A stretch of 48,525 nucleotides of DNA from Candidatus Fraserbacteria bacterium (GCA_037446135.1 JBBIJD010000003.1:4790-53314), one strand, 5' to 3'. Positions 36,707 to 45,590 are shown, numbered from the stretch's first letter. The notes: generated from the sequence alone by a model not told the origin. Translations and numbers: made by a program.

Positions 36707-37219
36707 TCACTGACTGACCGGGAGCCCCATGCGCAGGAGCCTCACAATCTCCAAAGGGAGCCGGTCGCGGTTCTCCTCCTGGAGCTCGAGCAATTTGATC
36801 CCGGCAAGCGCCCGGATCGCGTCTAAGAAGCTATTCCGCTCCTGCTTGAGGACCCCCAGAACCGGCTTGGAGCTTCGCAAGGCCGCAAAGACCTCTTCCT
36901 GGAATCGAGGAGCACCGAGCTCTAAAAAGCCCAGCTCGTCCATGACGATCAGCTCCCGCTCCATGGCCCGCTGGAGGGCCTCGACTCCGACCTCTTCGAA
37001 GCCTTGAGGGCAAGGGATCACCCGCCCGCTGGCGAGGACCTTCCCGATCAGGGCCGCCCGGCCGCTCACGAGGTCAACGATTCGGTAGCCCTGCAGGCCC
37101 TCGCTGAGCCAGCAGCGCTCAGTCCGGAAGCCGCCCGGTGCGGTCCCGAGGAGCGCTAAGGTCCTGTTCAGGGCCGTGGTCTTCCCCACCCCGACCCGGC
37201 CGGTGAGAAGGATCTTCAC
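36707..37219 (-). CDS. THEP1/NTPase_1 family nucleoside triphosphatase
   Basis: ILLTGRVGVGKTT, GGFRTE, IVMDELGFLE, ENRDRL. Confidence 0.9.
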   Translation of the reverse strand: MKILLTGRVGVGKTTALNRTLALLGTAPGGFRTERCWLSEGLQGYRIVDLVSGRAALIGKVLASGRVIPCPQGFEEVGVEALQRAMERELIVMDELGFLELGAPRFQEEVFAALRSSKPVLGVLKQERNSFLDAIRALAGIKLLELQEENRDRLPLEIVRLLRMGLPVSQ

Positions 37220-37896
37220 ATTAGGAGCAGGCTCAGGGCCGCAGCGAGCCAGCAGGCCGCGGTGAGAACGAGCGCACCGCGATAGAGGAGCCGCGGGTTG
37301 AGTGCAGCGAGCCGCTCCTTCCCCGCCCGGAGAAGCTCGCCGAAGCGGTGCCCGAGCGGGGCCGCGATGAGCGCGGCCAGCGCGGCGATCGTCCCGTCCT
37401 GGAGGGCGAATCCCACTAGTCCCAGCGGGTCAGTCACATCCTTCGGCCCCCGCCTGAGGATGTAGAAGAAGACGAGCGCGATCCCGACATAGGAGAGATA
37501 CATCCCCGATAGGCCCGTGCCCGCTCGGGCCAGCTCGCTCCGCTGATAGGATCTCCAAAGCAAGCTCACCACTCCCTGGAAGGCCAGGGCCTCGAGGATG
37601 ATTGCCATCGCCGGATTCACGACCGCCCGGGCGAGCGGCGAGAGAGAGAAGATCAGGACATCCAAGAGCTTGAAGGAGGCGGCGACGAGCCCGATCCCCG
37701 CTGGCAGGGTCGGTCTCTTGTAGACCGCCACGGCGGCGGCCATGATCGTGAACCCGAGGTTGGCCATGATCGCGCCTGTATAGGGCAGTTTGAGGGCATG
37801 GAGCAGCCCACCGAGCGTCGCCTCCAGCAGGCCCCAGAGCGAGCCGAAGAGGATAACCCCCACCGCGAGATCCAACAGATCCTTCCGCCTCTCCAT
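37216..37896 (-). CDS. Multi-pass membrane protein (possible ECF S-component-like)
   Basis: About 6-7 hydrophobic helices; GSLWGLLEATLG; 4-nt overlap with the NTPase gene. Confidence 0.7.
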   Translation of the reverse strand: MERRKDLLDLAVGVILFGSLWGLLEATLGGLLHALKLPYTGAIMANLGFTIMAAAVAVYKRPTLPAGIGLVAASFKLLDVLIFSLSPLARAVVNPAMAIILEALAFQGVVSLLWRSYQRSELARAGTGLSGMYLSYVGIALVFFYILRRGPKDVTDPLGLVGFALQDGTIAALAALIAAPLGHRFGELLRAGKERLAALNPRLLYRGALVLTAACWLAAALSLLLM

Positions 37897-37933
37897 CCTT
37901 CCTTACCTCCTTAGCAGTCGCTTAATTACGAGA

Positions 37934-37963
37934 AGTATAGATGATCATGAGGAGCGAATTCAA
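37934..37963 (-). promoter_or_regulatory. Promoter for membrane protein-NTPase(-radical SAM)
   Basis: Minus strand TTGAAT-18 nt-TATACT. Confidence 0.55.
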
Positions 37964-37981
37964 CCGCGCCGAGACCGGCGG

Positions 37982-39805
37982 TCACTCCAAGGGCCAGAAG
38001 AGCGGGAGGAAGAGGAGCATCACCCCCAAGAGGAGGAGGGCGAGCGGGAGCCCGACCTTCACGTAATCACGGACCCGATAGCCCCCTAAGCCCATGACGA
38101 GCATGTTCACCGGGTGGCCGAGGGGGGTCAGGAAGGCCATCGAGGTGGCCAGTGCCACCCCCATGGCGAGCGCCCGGGGGTTGGCCCCGCTCTGCTGGGC
38201 TGCCTGGATCGCGACCGGCGCGACGATAGCCGCCACGGCCGCGCCGTTGATCGCTTGGCTGAGCAGGAATGTCAAGATCGCCAGACCGGCGAGGAGCGCG
38301 AGCGGCCCGGCCGGGCCCAAGAAGGAGGTGAGCCCGCTCGCCAGCTCGGTGGCCGCCCCGGTCTTGACTATCGCGAGCCCGAGTGGGAGGACCCCAGCGA
38401 CGAGGAAGACTATCTTCCAGTCGATCGCACGATAGGCCTGATCCATTGTGAGGACCCCGGCCAGGATCATCGCCAGGGCCCCACCGAGCATGATCTCCCC
38501 CACCGCTGGGCGGCTGAGGGCCGCGCCGAGCAGGGTCAGGGCCAGGATCGCTAGGGCCAGCCAGCCCTTGCCGGGGACAGGGAGAGGGGCCGCCTCTTCC
38601 AGCCCATTCCCTGAAATGATGAGGTCCGGCTCGCCCCGGAGGATCGCCAGCCGATCTCGCGGCCCCTGGAGGAGGAGGGCATCCCCGAACTGGAGCGGGA
38701 GGTCGCTCAGGCCGGTCCGGATCGGCCGATCCCCCCGCCAGATCCCAAGGACACTCATCCCATACTTCTCGCGGAAGTGGGTCTGCCGGAGGGATTGGCC
38801 GATCAGCCTCGAGCGAGGGGCTAGGACGGCCTCGACCATGACCACGGCGGGGGCCTCGAGGTCCCGCTCATGCCATTCTCGGGGGGGAAGGATCTCGAGG
38901 TAGGGCTCGACATCCCGGCGCTTGAACTCCTCGAGCCTCCCCTCGAGGAGGACGATGTCCCCCTCCTGGAGGACGGCCTCAGGGGTGGGACAGAGCATCG
39001 TCCGCCCCTCTCGCTCGATCGCCACAACATTCAAGTTGTAGATCTCCCGGAAGGTGCTCCGGGCCAGGGGCTTCCCGATCAGATACGAGCCGGCCGGGAT
39101 CCGGGCGCGGAAGAGCCGCTCCCCCAAGCGATAGGTCTCGACCAGGTCCCCGTCTCCCTCAGCCTCACGGATGGCCTGGAGTCGCTCCGCGGGCGACCGT
39201 GCGGGCAGGAGCTGGTGCCCCCAAAGGGCCACGAAGGCGATCCCGACGGCGACGAGTGGTAGGCCGACTGGGGCGAAGTCGAGCAGGCCGAAGCCGGCTA
39301 GACCCTGATCTTTTAGGAGGCTGCTCACGACGATATTGGTTGTGGTCAGGAGAGTCGCCATCCCGCCGAGCAGGGTCGAGAAGGCCAATGGGATCAAGAG
39401 GCGGGAGGGATTGACCCCTCCCTTCCGCGCCGCCCCCGAGACCACGGGCAAGAGGACCGCCATGGCAGCGATGTTATTCATGAAGAGCGAGAGGAAGGCC
39501 CCGGCTAGCATCACGACCACCACAAGCCGCCGCTCCGCCGCACCGGCGAGCTGCAAGAGCAGGTTCCCCGCCCGCTCGGTCAGACCGGTCCGCCGCAACC
39601 CTTCGGCTAGGACGAAGATGGCCATGATGGTGATAACCGCCGACCGGCTGAATCCGGAGAGGGCCTCCTGAGGGGTCAAGATCCCGCTGACTCCGAGCGC
39701 GACGGCGATGAGGAGCGCCACAAGGTCGGCGCGGAGCCGGCCACTCAAGAGGAGACCGATTCCCCCGCCAAGAATGGCGAGAGTGAGGGCCATTCGGTTA
39801 TCCAT
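37982..39805 (-). CDS. SLC13/CitMHS permease with two TrkA-C (RCK_C) domains
   Basis: LRADLVA, SLFMNN, LGGMATL, two RCK_C repeats (LIGKPL..GD; LIGQSL..GDALL), FLTPLGHPVN. Confidence 0.9.
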   Translation of the reverse strand: MDNRMALTLAILGGGIGLLLSGRLRADLVALLIAVALGVSGILTPQEALSGFSRSAVITIMAIFVLAEGLRRTGLTERAGNLLLQLAGAAERRLVVVVMLAGAFLSLFMNNIAAMAVLLPVVSGAARKGGVNPSRLLIPLAFSTLLGGMATLLTTTNIVVSSLLKDQGLAGFGLLDFAPVGLPLVAVGIAFVALWGHQLLPARSPAERLQAIREAEGDGDLVETYRLGERLFRARIPAGSYLIGKPLARSTFREIYNLNVVAIEREGRTMLCPTPEAVLQEGDIVLLEGRLEEFKRRDVEPYLEILPPREWHERDLEAPAVVMVEAVLAPRSRLIGQSLRQTHFREKYGMSVLGIWRGDRPIRTGLSDLPLQFGDALLLQGPRDRLAILRGEPDLIISGNGLEEAAPLPVPGKGWLALAILALTLLGAALSRPAVGEIMLGGALAMILAGVLTMDQAYRAIDWKIVFLVAGVLPLGLAIVKTGAATELASGLTSFLGPAGPLALLAGLAILTFLLSQAINGAAVAAIVAPVAIQAAQQSGANPRALAMGVALATSMAFLTPLGHPVNMLVMGLGGYRVRDYVKVGLPLALLLLGVMLLFLPLFWPLE

Positions 39806-39892
39806 CGCCCTTTGCCATCCCTAAGAGCTTGCGGTCAGCGCCCGGCTCAGCCCATCTGTTCTGTCTGGGCTCAGCAGGCGATTCGCAGCTTA

Positions 39893-39920
39893 ATTATACG
39901 CGCTCTTCAAGGCCTGCCAA
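39893..39920 (-). promoter_or_regulatory. Promoter of the SLC13 permease
   Basis: Minus strand TTGGCA-16 nt-TATAAT. Confidence 0.7.
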
Positions 39921-39972
39921 GCCGAGGCCGATAGGATTGAATTGCATGGTCTCTTTATCTTTAGGGGTAAAC

Positions 39973-40455
39973 TCACCGCTCGAGTGAGACCACTCGGCCA
40001 CCGGTTATCCTTGCTAGATCCGCAGGGTCGAGCTCGAAGACCGCATGGGGTGTGCCGGCTGCGGCCCAGATCCGCTCATATCGCATTAGCTGGTCATCGA
40101 TGAAGGTCTCTAGCGGCTCGGGATGGCCGACCGGGGGGACTCCACCGATGGCGAAGCCAGTCCATTGGCGGACGAAAGCGGCATCGGCCTTCTCTACCGG
40201 CTCACCTAGAAATGAGGCGAGCCTCTCTTCATCGACACGATGGGCGCCACTGGCGATCACTAAGATGGGCCGGTCCGTCCTCTTGGCCTTGAAGATGAGG
40301 GATTTCGCGATCTGACCGAGCTCGCATCCGATCGCCTTGGCCGCCTCGGCAGCGGTCCGAGTCGTTTCAGGTAATTCTATTACCTGATAGGGCAGGCCGA
40401 GGGCTTTTAGGGCCTCTTGGACCTTTTGGGCGCTCGGGCTCAATTTGCGCGACAT
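39973..40455 (-). CDS. YbaK/EbsC family aminoacyl-tRNA editing protein
   Basis: TRTAAEAA, QIAKSLIF, TGFAIGGVPPVGH, IWAAAGTPH. Confidence 0.92.
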   Translation of the reverse strand: MSRKLSPSAQKVQEALKALGLPYQVIELPETTRTAAEAAKAIGCELGQIAKSLIFKAKRTDRPILVIASGAHRVDEERLASFLGEPVEKADAAFVRQWTGFAIGGVPPVGHPEPLETFIDDQLMRYERIWAAAGTPHAVFELDPADLARITGGRVVSLER

Positions 40456-40461
40456 GTCGAA

Positions 40462-40519
40462 AGCATAGCATAGCCTGCTGGAGCCCTCCTTGACAACCCG
40501 CTCTATCGGGAAATAACAT
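40462..40519. promoter_or_regulatory. Overlapping divergent promoters (ybaK-like gene / mocA-xdhC-yqeB)
   Basis: Plus strand TTGACA(40490)-18-TAACAT; minus strand TTGTCA with tandem TATGCT boxes. Confidence 0.5.
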
Positions 40520-40558
40520 TGCTGATGAGCCTTGAGGTGAGGGGGGCGCGATCGTGTC

Positions 40559-41194
40559 GTGATACCCGGGATAGTGCTTGCCGCGGGGGATAGCTCGCGA
40601 TTTGAAGGGAGGAATAAGCTGCTCCTCCCCTTCCGCGGCCGGCCGGTGATCTATCATGTCGTCCGAGAGGCCTTAAGCTCACAGCTCGAGCCGGTTTTCC
40701 TCGTGCTCGGCTATACAGGAGAGGAAGTCCTCACGGCCCTAGCTGAGCTGGGGCATCATCCTAAGCTCAGGATCATAAGAAACGAGCTCTGGCGCTCGGG
40801 TCGAGCCTCCTCGGTCCGGGCCGGGATCGCCGCCCTCCCGGAAGGGGCCCCAGGCGCGCTCTTCCTTCAAGGGGATATGCCGCTCGTGACCTCTGAGTTG
40901 ATCGACCTTGTGCTCGAGGGGCTCCTCAAGAGCGGTGCCCTGCTCTGCTTCCCCATCTACAAGGGTGAGAAGGGCCATCCAGTCGCCTTCGCCCGGGAGC
41001 TATTGCCCGAACTGGCTCGCTTGGAGGGCGATACGAGCGGCCTGGCCCTGGTCAAGCGCTACTGGGATCTGGCCTGGAAGATCCCCCTGGAGGAGGGCTC
41101 GACTCAATTCGATCTCGATACGCCCGGGGATTACGCTCGATTGCTCGAGCTTGAGCGGAAAGAAAAGGAACAGAATGAGGGCCTTCTACACTAG
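40559..41194 (+). CDS. mocA: Molybdenum cofactor cytidylyltransferase-like (MocA/YgfJ)
   Basis: GIVLAAGDSSRF, NKLLLP, GDMP, GHPV, DLDTPGDY; adjacent to xdhC. Confidence 0.8.
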   Translation: MIPGIVLAAGDSSRFEGRNKLLLPFRGRPVIYHVVREALSSQLEPVFLVLGYTGEEVLTALAELGHHPKLRIIRNELWRSGRASSVRAGIAALPEGAPGALFLQGDMPLVTSELIDLVLEGLLKSGALLCFPIYKGEKGHPVAFARELLPELARLEGDTSGLALVKRYWDLAWKIPLEEGSTQFDLDTPGDYARLLELERKEKEQNEGLLH

Positions 41195-42200
41195 GGTAGC
41201 TGAGTTGCTCAATGCGGGGCGGGCGTTCGCCCTCGCCCATCTCGTCGAGACCCGCGGCTCGGCCCCCCAGCGGCGGGGGGCGAAGCTCCTCGTCCATCCT
41301 GACGGGGCGACGGAGTTCACCATCGGTGGCGGGGCCCTGGAAGAGCGCGTTAAGGCCGAGGCGATGCGGCTCGGCCCAGGCCCGGAAGCACTCCTCCTCG
41401 AGTATAGGCTCTCAGACCTCGGAATGTTCTGCGGCGGGGCGGTCAGGGTCTTCATTGAACCGGCCGGGGCAGAGCTCTATCGTCGGATGCAAGAGCTGCT
41501 CAGCGAGGCCGAGCGGTTCGTCCTCGCCCACTTTATTGACCCGAGGCCCGCGAAGATGGCCTTCTTTAAGGGCGGTTTGGAATACAGCAGCAGTGGCTTC
41601 CCCGCGGATCTCGTCGAGGCTGTCCGAGAGGAGGCTCAGGCCCTCCTCTCCCAGGGTGGTGGCGGGACAGCCCTCCAGGAGTATGGAACTGCCCGAGTCT
41701 TCCTGGAGGTGGTGGAGAGCCTGCCGCGGCTGTTGATCTTCGGGGCCGGGCATGTGGGGCGGAAGCTGGCTCAGCTCGCGGCAGCCATGGAGCTCTTCCA
41801 GGTCGAGGTGGCCGACGAGCGGCCGGACCTTTTGGAAGGGGTGGCCCCATTCGTGGCCCGAACTCATCATATCGACTATCGCGGCGAGCTCCCCCTCCCC
41901 GATCGTCGGACCTTCGTGGCGATCGTGACTCACTCCCATGAGACGGACAGGTTAGTCCTGGAAAGGCTCTTGCGGCATGGGGTGAGCCCGGCCTATCTCG
42001 GGATGATCGGGAGCATCCGGAAGAGAGTGGAGCTCTTCCGGATGCTGAGGCAGGAAGCGGGGCTCGCTGAGGAGCGGCTGAACGAGGTGCACACCCCGAT
42101 CGGGCTCCCCATCGGCGGGCGAGAGCCCGGGGAGATCGCGGTGAGCATCCTGGCGGAGATGATCAAGGTGAAAAACTCGGTGGAATTGGAGGGGGACTAG
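41175..42200 (+). CDS. xdhC: XdhC/CoxI family Mo-hydroxylase maturation factor
   Basis: GSAPQRRGAKL, TIGGGALE, MFCGG, FGAGHVG, YLGMIGS, PIGLPIG, EIAVSILAE. Confidence 0.9.
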   Translation: MRAFYTRVAELLNAGRAFALAHLVETRGSAPQRRGAKLLVHPDGATEFTIGGGALEERVKAEAMRLGPGPEALLLEYRLSDLGMFCGGAVRVFIEPAGAELYRRMQELLSEAERFVLAHFIDPRPAKMAFFKGGLEYSSSGFPADLVEAVREEAQALLSQGGGGTALQEYGTARVFLEVVESLPRLLIFGAGHVGRKLAQLAAAMELFQVEVADERPDLLEGVAPFVARTHHIDYRGELPLPDRRTFVAIVTHSHETDRLVLERLLRHGVSPAYLGMIGSIRKRVELFRMLRQEAGLAEERLNEVHTPIGLPIGGREPGEIAVSILAEMIKVKNSVELEGD

Positions 42201-42205
42201 AGCAG

Positions 42206-43096
42206 ATGGCAGTTCGCGAGCTGTTCAAGGACTTTTGGGTCCTAGTTCGAGGCGGCGGTGAGCTGGCTTCAGGCGCGATCCGCCGACTTAATTGGGCGGG
42301 TTTCCCTGTCATCGTCCTTGAGCTGGAGAAGCCCCTGGCGGTGAGAAGGCTCGTCTCCTTCGCTCAGGCCGTCTTCACGGGAGAGTGCGAGGTCGAGGGG
42401 ATCAAAGGGAAGCTAGTGCAAGACCTGGCGGAGGCGAAGAGGTATATCGCCGAGGTCGGGGGGGTCCCGGTCCTGATCGACCCTGAGGCCCGAACCCTTT
42501 CGGAGCTCAAGCCCACCGTGCTCATCGACGGGCGGATGGCCAAGCGGCCGCTGGACACGAGGATCGGCCAGGCTCCCATCGTCATAGCTCTTGGGCCGGG
42601 GATCACTGCCGGGGTCCACGCCGATGCGGTCATCGAGACCCGGGACGGCCCACAAGACGGCCGGGTGATCTATAACGGCCAGGCGATCCCTGACACCGGT
42701 GTCCCCTGCAAGAGCTATGGCTACAAGGAAGAAAGGGTTCTCCGTGCCCCTGTATCCGGTATCTTCCGCGCGGCTCACGAGATCGGTGAGAAGGTCGAGG
42801 CCGGCGAGCTCGTCGGCTGGGTAGATGATGAGCCTGTGAGAGCCAAGATCTCCGGGGTGATCCGCGGGCTGCTCTATAGCGGCTTAGAGGTCGAGAAGGG
42901 GACCAAGCTCGGGGATGTGGACCACCGCGGTGAGGCCTCGGACTGCTGCCGGACCTCGGAGAAGGCCGACTCCGTAGCTTGCGGGGTCCTGGAAGCGATC
43001 TTCACCCTGGGGCTGGAGCGGGGGCTCTTCCAGGGGATGAGCCTCCCTGAGCGGCTCTCACGATCACCCGCAAGGGCAAGGCGAGCCCCCGCTTGA
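42206..43096 (+). CDS. yqeB: Selenium-dependent molybdenum hydroxylase system protein YqeB
   Basis: VRGGGELASG, AVRRLVSF, DGRMAK, LGPG, VIETR, PDTGVP, ERVLRAP, KLGDVD. Confidence 0.92.
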   Translation: MAVRELFKDFWVLVRGGGELASGAIRRLNWAGFPVIVLELEKPLAVRRLVSFAQAVFTGECEVEGIKGKLVQDLAEAKRYIAEVGGVPVLIDPEARTLSELKPTVLIDGRMAKRPLDTRIGQAPIVIALGPGITAGVHADAVIETRDGPQDGRVIYNGQAIPDTGVPCKSYGYKEERVLRAPVSGIFRAAHEIGEKVEAGELVGWVDDEPVRAKISGVIRGLLYSGLEVEKGTKLGDVDHRGEASDCCRTSEKADSVACGVLEAIFTLGLERGLFQGMSLPERLSRSPARARRAPA

Positions 43097-43149
43097 CGGG
43101 GGCGGACACTATGTGCTATATTACAATTTGGATCTACTGCCGGCAGTAG
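43093..43149 (+). promoter_or_regulatory. Promoter and palindromic operator candidate for the BMP operon
   Basis: TTGACG-18-TATATT with extended TG; perfect palindrome CTACTGCCGGCAGTAG at 43134-43149. Confidence 0.6.
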
Positions 43150-43236
43150 CGGCGGAAGGAGGTGAGAGAAGGGGTGAGAGATGAGCCCAGAACGGCCGAG
43201 CAACGAGCAATTCCAAGGGAATAGGAGGTTCAAGCG

Positions 43237-44436
43237 ATGAAGGGTCGAATCAGACTTCTCACTTTGTTGGTGGCAGTCTCGCTTCTGGTCAGCGGTTTGG
43301 CAGTGATGACAGGTGGAGCGAGCGCCGGGGCGGCGCTTAAGGGGAGGGTCGCGGTCATCCTCGATGTCGGCGGGCGTGGAGACCTCTCCTTCAACGATAT
43401 GGGCTTCAAGGGGACGGATGAGGCGGCCGCAGACTTCGGGCTCCAGATGGATGAGATTCAGAGCGCCAGCGATGCTGACTACCTCCCGAATACCCGAAAC
43501 GCTGCGGTCTCTGGCAAGTATGACCTGATCATCGGTGTCGGCTTCCTGCTCACCGATGCCTTCAATACGGTAGCTGCGGAGTTCCCCAACCAGAAGTTCG
43601 CGATCATCGACAGCGTGGTGGACCAGCCGAATGTGATGTCCATCGTCTTCCGCGAGAACGAGGGCTCGGCTCTGGTCGGGGCGCTCGCGGCGATGGTCGC
43701 GGCCTACTATGGCTACCCCAAGGTCGGGGTGGTCCTGGGGATCGAGATCCCCGTCCTCTACCACTTCGAGGCGGGGTATCGCTTCGGGATCGCCTGGGGG
43801 AACAAGAAGTATGAGCAGGTTAAAGGGACGAACCCCAACATCGGCCTGCTCTGGACCTACACCGGGACCTTCAGCGACATCGCCAAGGGGAAGGCCGCGA
43901 GCGAGGCGATGCTCGCCCAGGGCGCTGGCCTGATCTACAATGTGGCCGGCCCGCTCGGGATCGGGGACCTCGAGGCCGTGACCGAGGCCGTCCGGGCCAA
44001 GGGCCAGGAGGCCGGCCCGCCGTTCATGATCGGCGTCGATGCGAACCAGGACTACCTGGGCGACGGGCACAGGGTCCTCGCGAGCATGATGAAGCGGGTC
44101 GACCGCGGCTGCTACAAGGCCGTGGCAGATGTGGTCCACGGGACATTCCAGGGCGGGATCGTCAGCCTCGGGGTGATTAATCGCGGGATCGCCATCTCGC
44201 GGTATCAGGACTTGCTCGACTTCATCCAGTTCGGCATCAATGCCAAGGCGATCACTGAGGCCGACAGGGCCAAGATCATCAGCAACTGGCTCGAGATGCG
44301 GGGGAAGATCCCCTACTGGATCTGGGACGCGGTGAGCGAGCTGGAGATGAAGATCGTCTCCGGCGAAATCGTCGTCCCGACAGCCAATACCGTCGAAGAG
44401 ATGCAAGCGGTCCGCGCGCAGTATCCTCTGCCATAA
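43237..44436 (+). CDS. BMP/PnrA family purine nucleoside ABC substrate-binding protein
   Basis: DVGGRGDLSFND, IGVGF, FRENEGS, IGVDANQ, SMMKRVD; signal peptide without a lipobox Cys. Confidence 0.92.
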   Translation: MKGRIRLLTLLVAVSLLVSGLAVMTGGASAGAALKGRVAVILDVGGRGDLSFNDMGFKGTDEAAADFGLQMDEIQSASDADYLPNTRNAAVSGKYDLIIGVGFLLTDAFNTVAAEFPNQKFAIIDSVVDQPNVMSIVFRENEGSALVGALAAMVAAYYGYPKVGVVLGIEIPVLYHFEAGYRFGIAWGNKKYEQVKGTNPNIGLLWTYTGTFSDIAKGKAASEAMLAQGAGLIYNVAGPLGIGDLEAVTEAVRAKGQEAGPPFMIGVDANQDYLGDGHRVLASMMKRVDRGCYKAVADVVHGTFQGGIVSLGVINRGIAISRYQDLLDFIQFGINAKAITEADRAKIISNWLEMRGKIPYWIWDAVSELEMKIVSGEIVVPTANTVEEMQAVRAQYPLP

Positions 44437-44462
44437 GCCGAGACTGCGAGTGATAGTGGCTC

Positions 44463-44499
44463 AGGGAGGGAGAGAGGAGCTTCTCCTCTCTCCCTCCCT
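44463..44499. other. Intercistronic 17-bp stem-loop
   Basis: AGGGAGGGAGAGAGGAG-CTT-CTCCTCTCTCCCTCCCT with no U-tract; likely an mRNA stabiliser or attenuator. Confidence 0.75.
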
Positions 44500-44525
44500 C
44501 AATTCGTAGCTTATCTTCCCGCTCG

Positions 44526-45590
44526 ATGAAGGGGCTGGCGCTCATCTCGCGCCTCAGGCCGTTTGGGGAATCGCTCCTCGCCGGGCTCGTCGGCCTGGCC
44601 GTAGGGGCGATCATCATGCTCATCTACGGCTTCGATCCTATCGAGGCATACATCGCTCTCTTCCGCGGGAGCTTCGCCAGCCTCTATAGCCTCTCCGAGG
44701 CGCTGGCGAACGCCACCCCATTGATCCTCACGGGGCTGACCTTCGCTATCGGCCTGCGGGGCGGGCTCTTCAATATCGGGGCCGAGGGGCAGGTCTATGT
44801 CGGGGCCCTGGCGGCGATCGCAATGAGCCTCTTCCAACTCCCCGCAGGGCTTCATCTGATCGCCACGCTCTTAGTAGCGATGCTCGCCGGGGCGCTGTGG
44901 AGCCTCCCGGCGGCGATCCTCAAGCTCACCCGCGGGGTCCACGAGGTCATCTCCACGATCATGTTCAACTGGATCGCCCACTTCCTGGCCTACTACCTCA
45001 TCGCCAACATCCTGGTCGATCCCAGGCGGGCCGAGAAGACGATCAGCATCCTCCCCAGCGCTCGCTTCCCGATCCTCGTGCCAAGGACGAGCCTGAGCTA
45101 TGGGATCCTGGTCTCGCTCTTCTGTGCCGGGCTCGTCCTCTTCCTCCTCTGGTATACCACGATCGGGTTCGAGGTCCGGGCGATGGGCTTTAACCCCGCG
45201 GCCTGCCGCTATGCCGGGATCAAGCGGTGGCGGACGGCCCTCTTCGCCTTCGTCATCGGGGGCTTCACCGCTGGGCTCGCCGGGGCAGTCCATGTCATGG
45301 GCCGCCCGCCGAGCTATGCGATATTTAGTGGGCTGGGCGGGCTCCTCAATCTCGGGTTCGACGGCCTAGGAGTGGCGATGATCGGGCGGAACCACCCCTT
45401 CGGGATCGTCCTCGCGGCGATCTTCTTCGGCGGACTGATGTCAGGAGGGAGACTGATGCAGATCTCGCCCGGCGTCCCCTTGGAGCTGATCCGCGTAGTG
45501 GAGGGCGTGATCATCATCGCCCTGGCGATCCCTGAGCTGGTCAGGCTCTTCCGGCTCTTCAAGTGGCCCCTCATCTGGAGGCGGACATGA
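44526..45590 (+). CDS. Nucleoside ABC permease (NupB-like)
   Basis: TPLILTGL, FNIGAEGQ, EVISTIMFN, AMIGRNHP. Confidence 0.92.
   Translation: MKGLALISRLRPFGESLLAGLVGLAVGAIIMLIYGFDPIEAYIALFRGSFASLYSLSEALANATPLILTGLTFAIGLRGGLFNIGAEGQVYVGALAAIAMSLFQLPAGLHLIATLLVAMLAGALWSLPAAILKLTRGVHEVISTIMFNWIAHFLAYYLIANILVDPRRAEKTISILPSARFPILVPRTSLSYGILVSLFCAGLVLFLLWYTTIGFEVRAMGFNPAACRYAGIKRWRTALFAFVIGGFTAGLAGAVHVMGRPPSYAIFSGLGGLLNLGFDGLGVAMIGRNHPFGIVLAAIFFGGLMSGGRLMQISPGVPLELIRVVEGVIIIALAIPELVRLFRLFKWPLIWRRT

Noticed and set aside
37897-37981. Cobalamin riboswitch before the membrane protein/NTPase/radical SAM genes
   Set aside because: The gap is only 85 nt and no B12-box is visible.
42874-44406. 510-aa antisense ORF over the BMP gene, and similar long shadow ORFs (e.g. 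45607-46509, 22266-23078, 18607-19392)
   Set aside because: Typical GC-rich shadow frames over well-supported genes, with no recognisable motifs.
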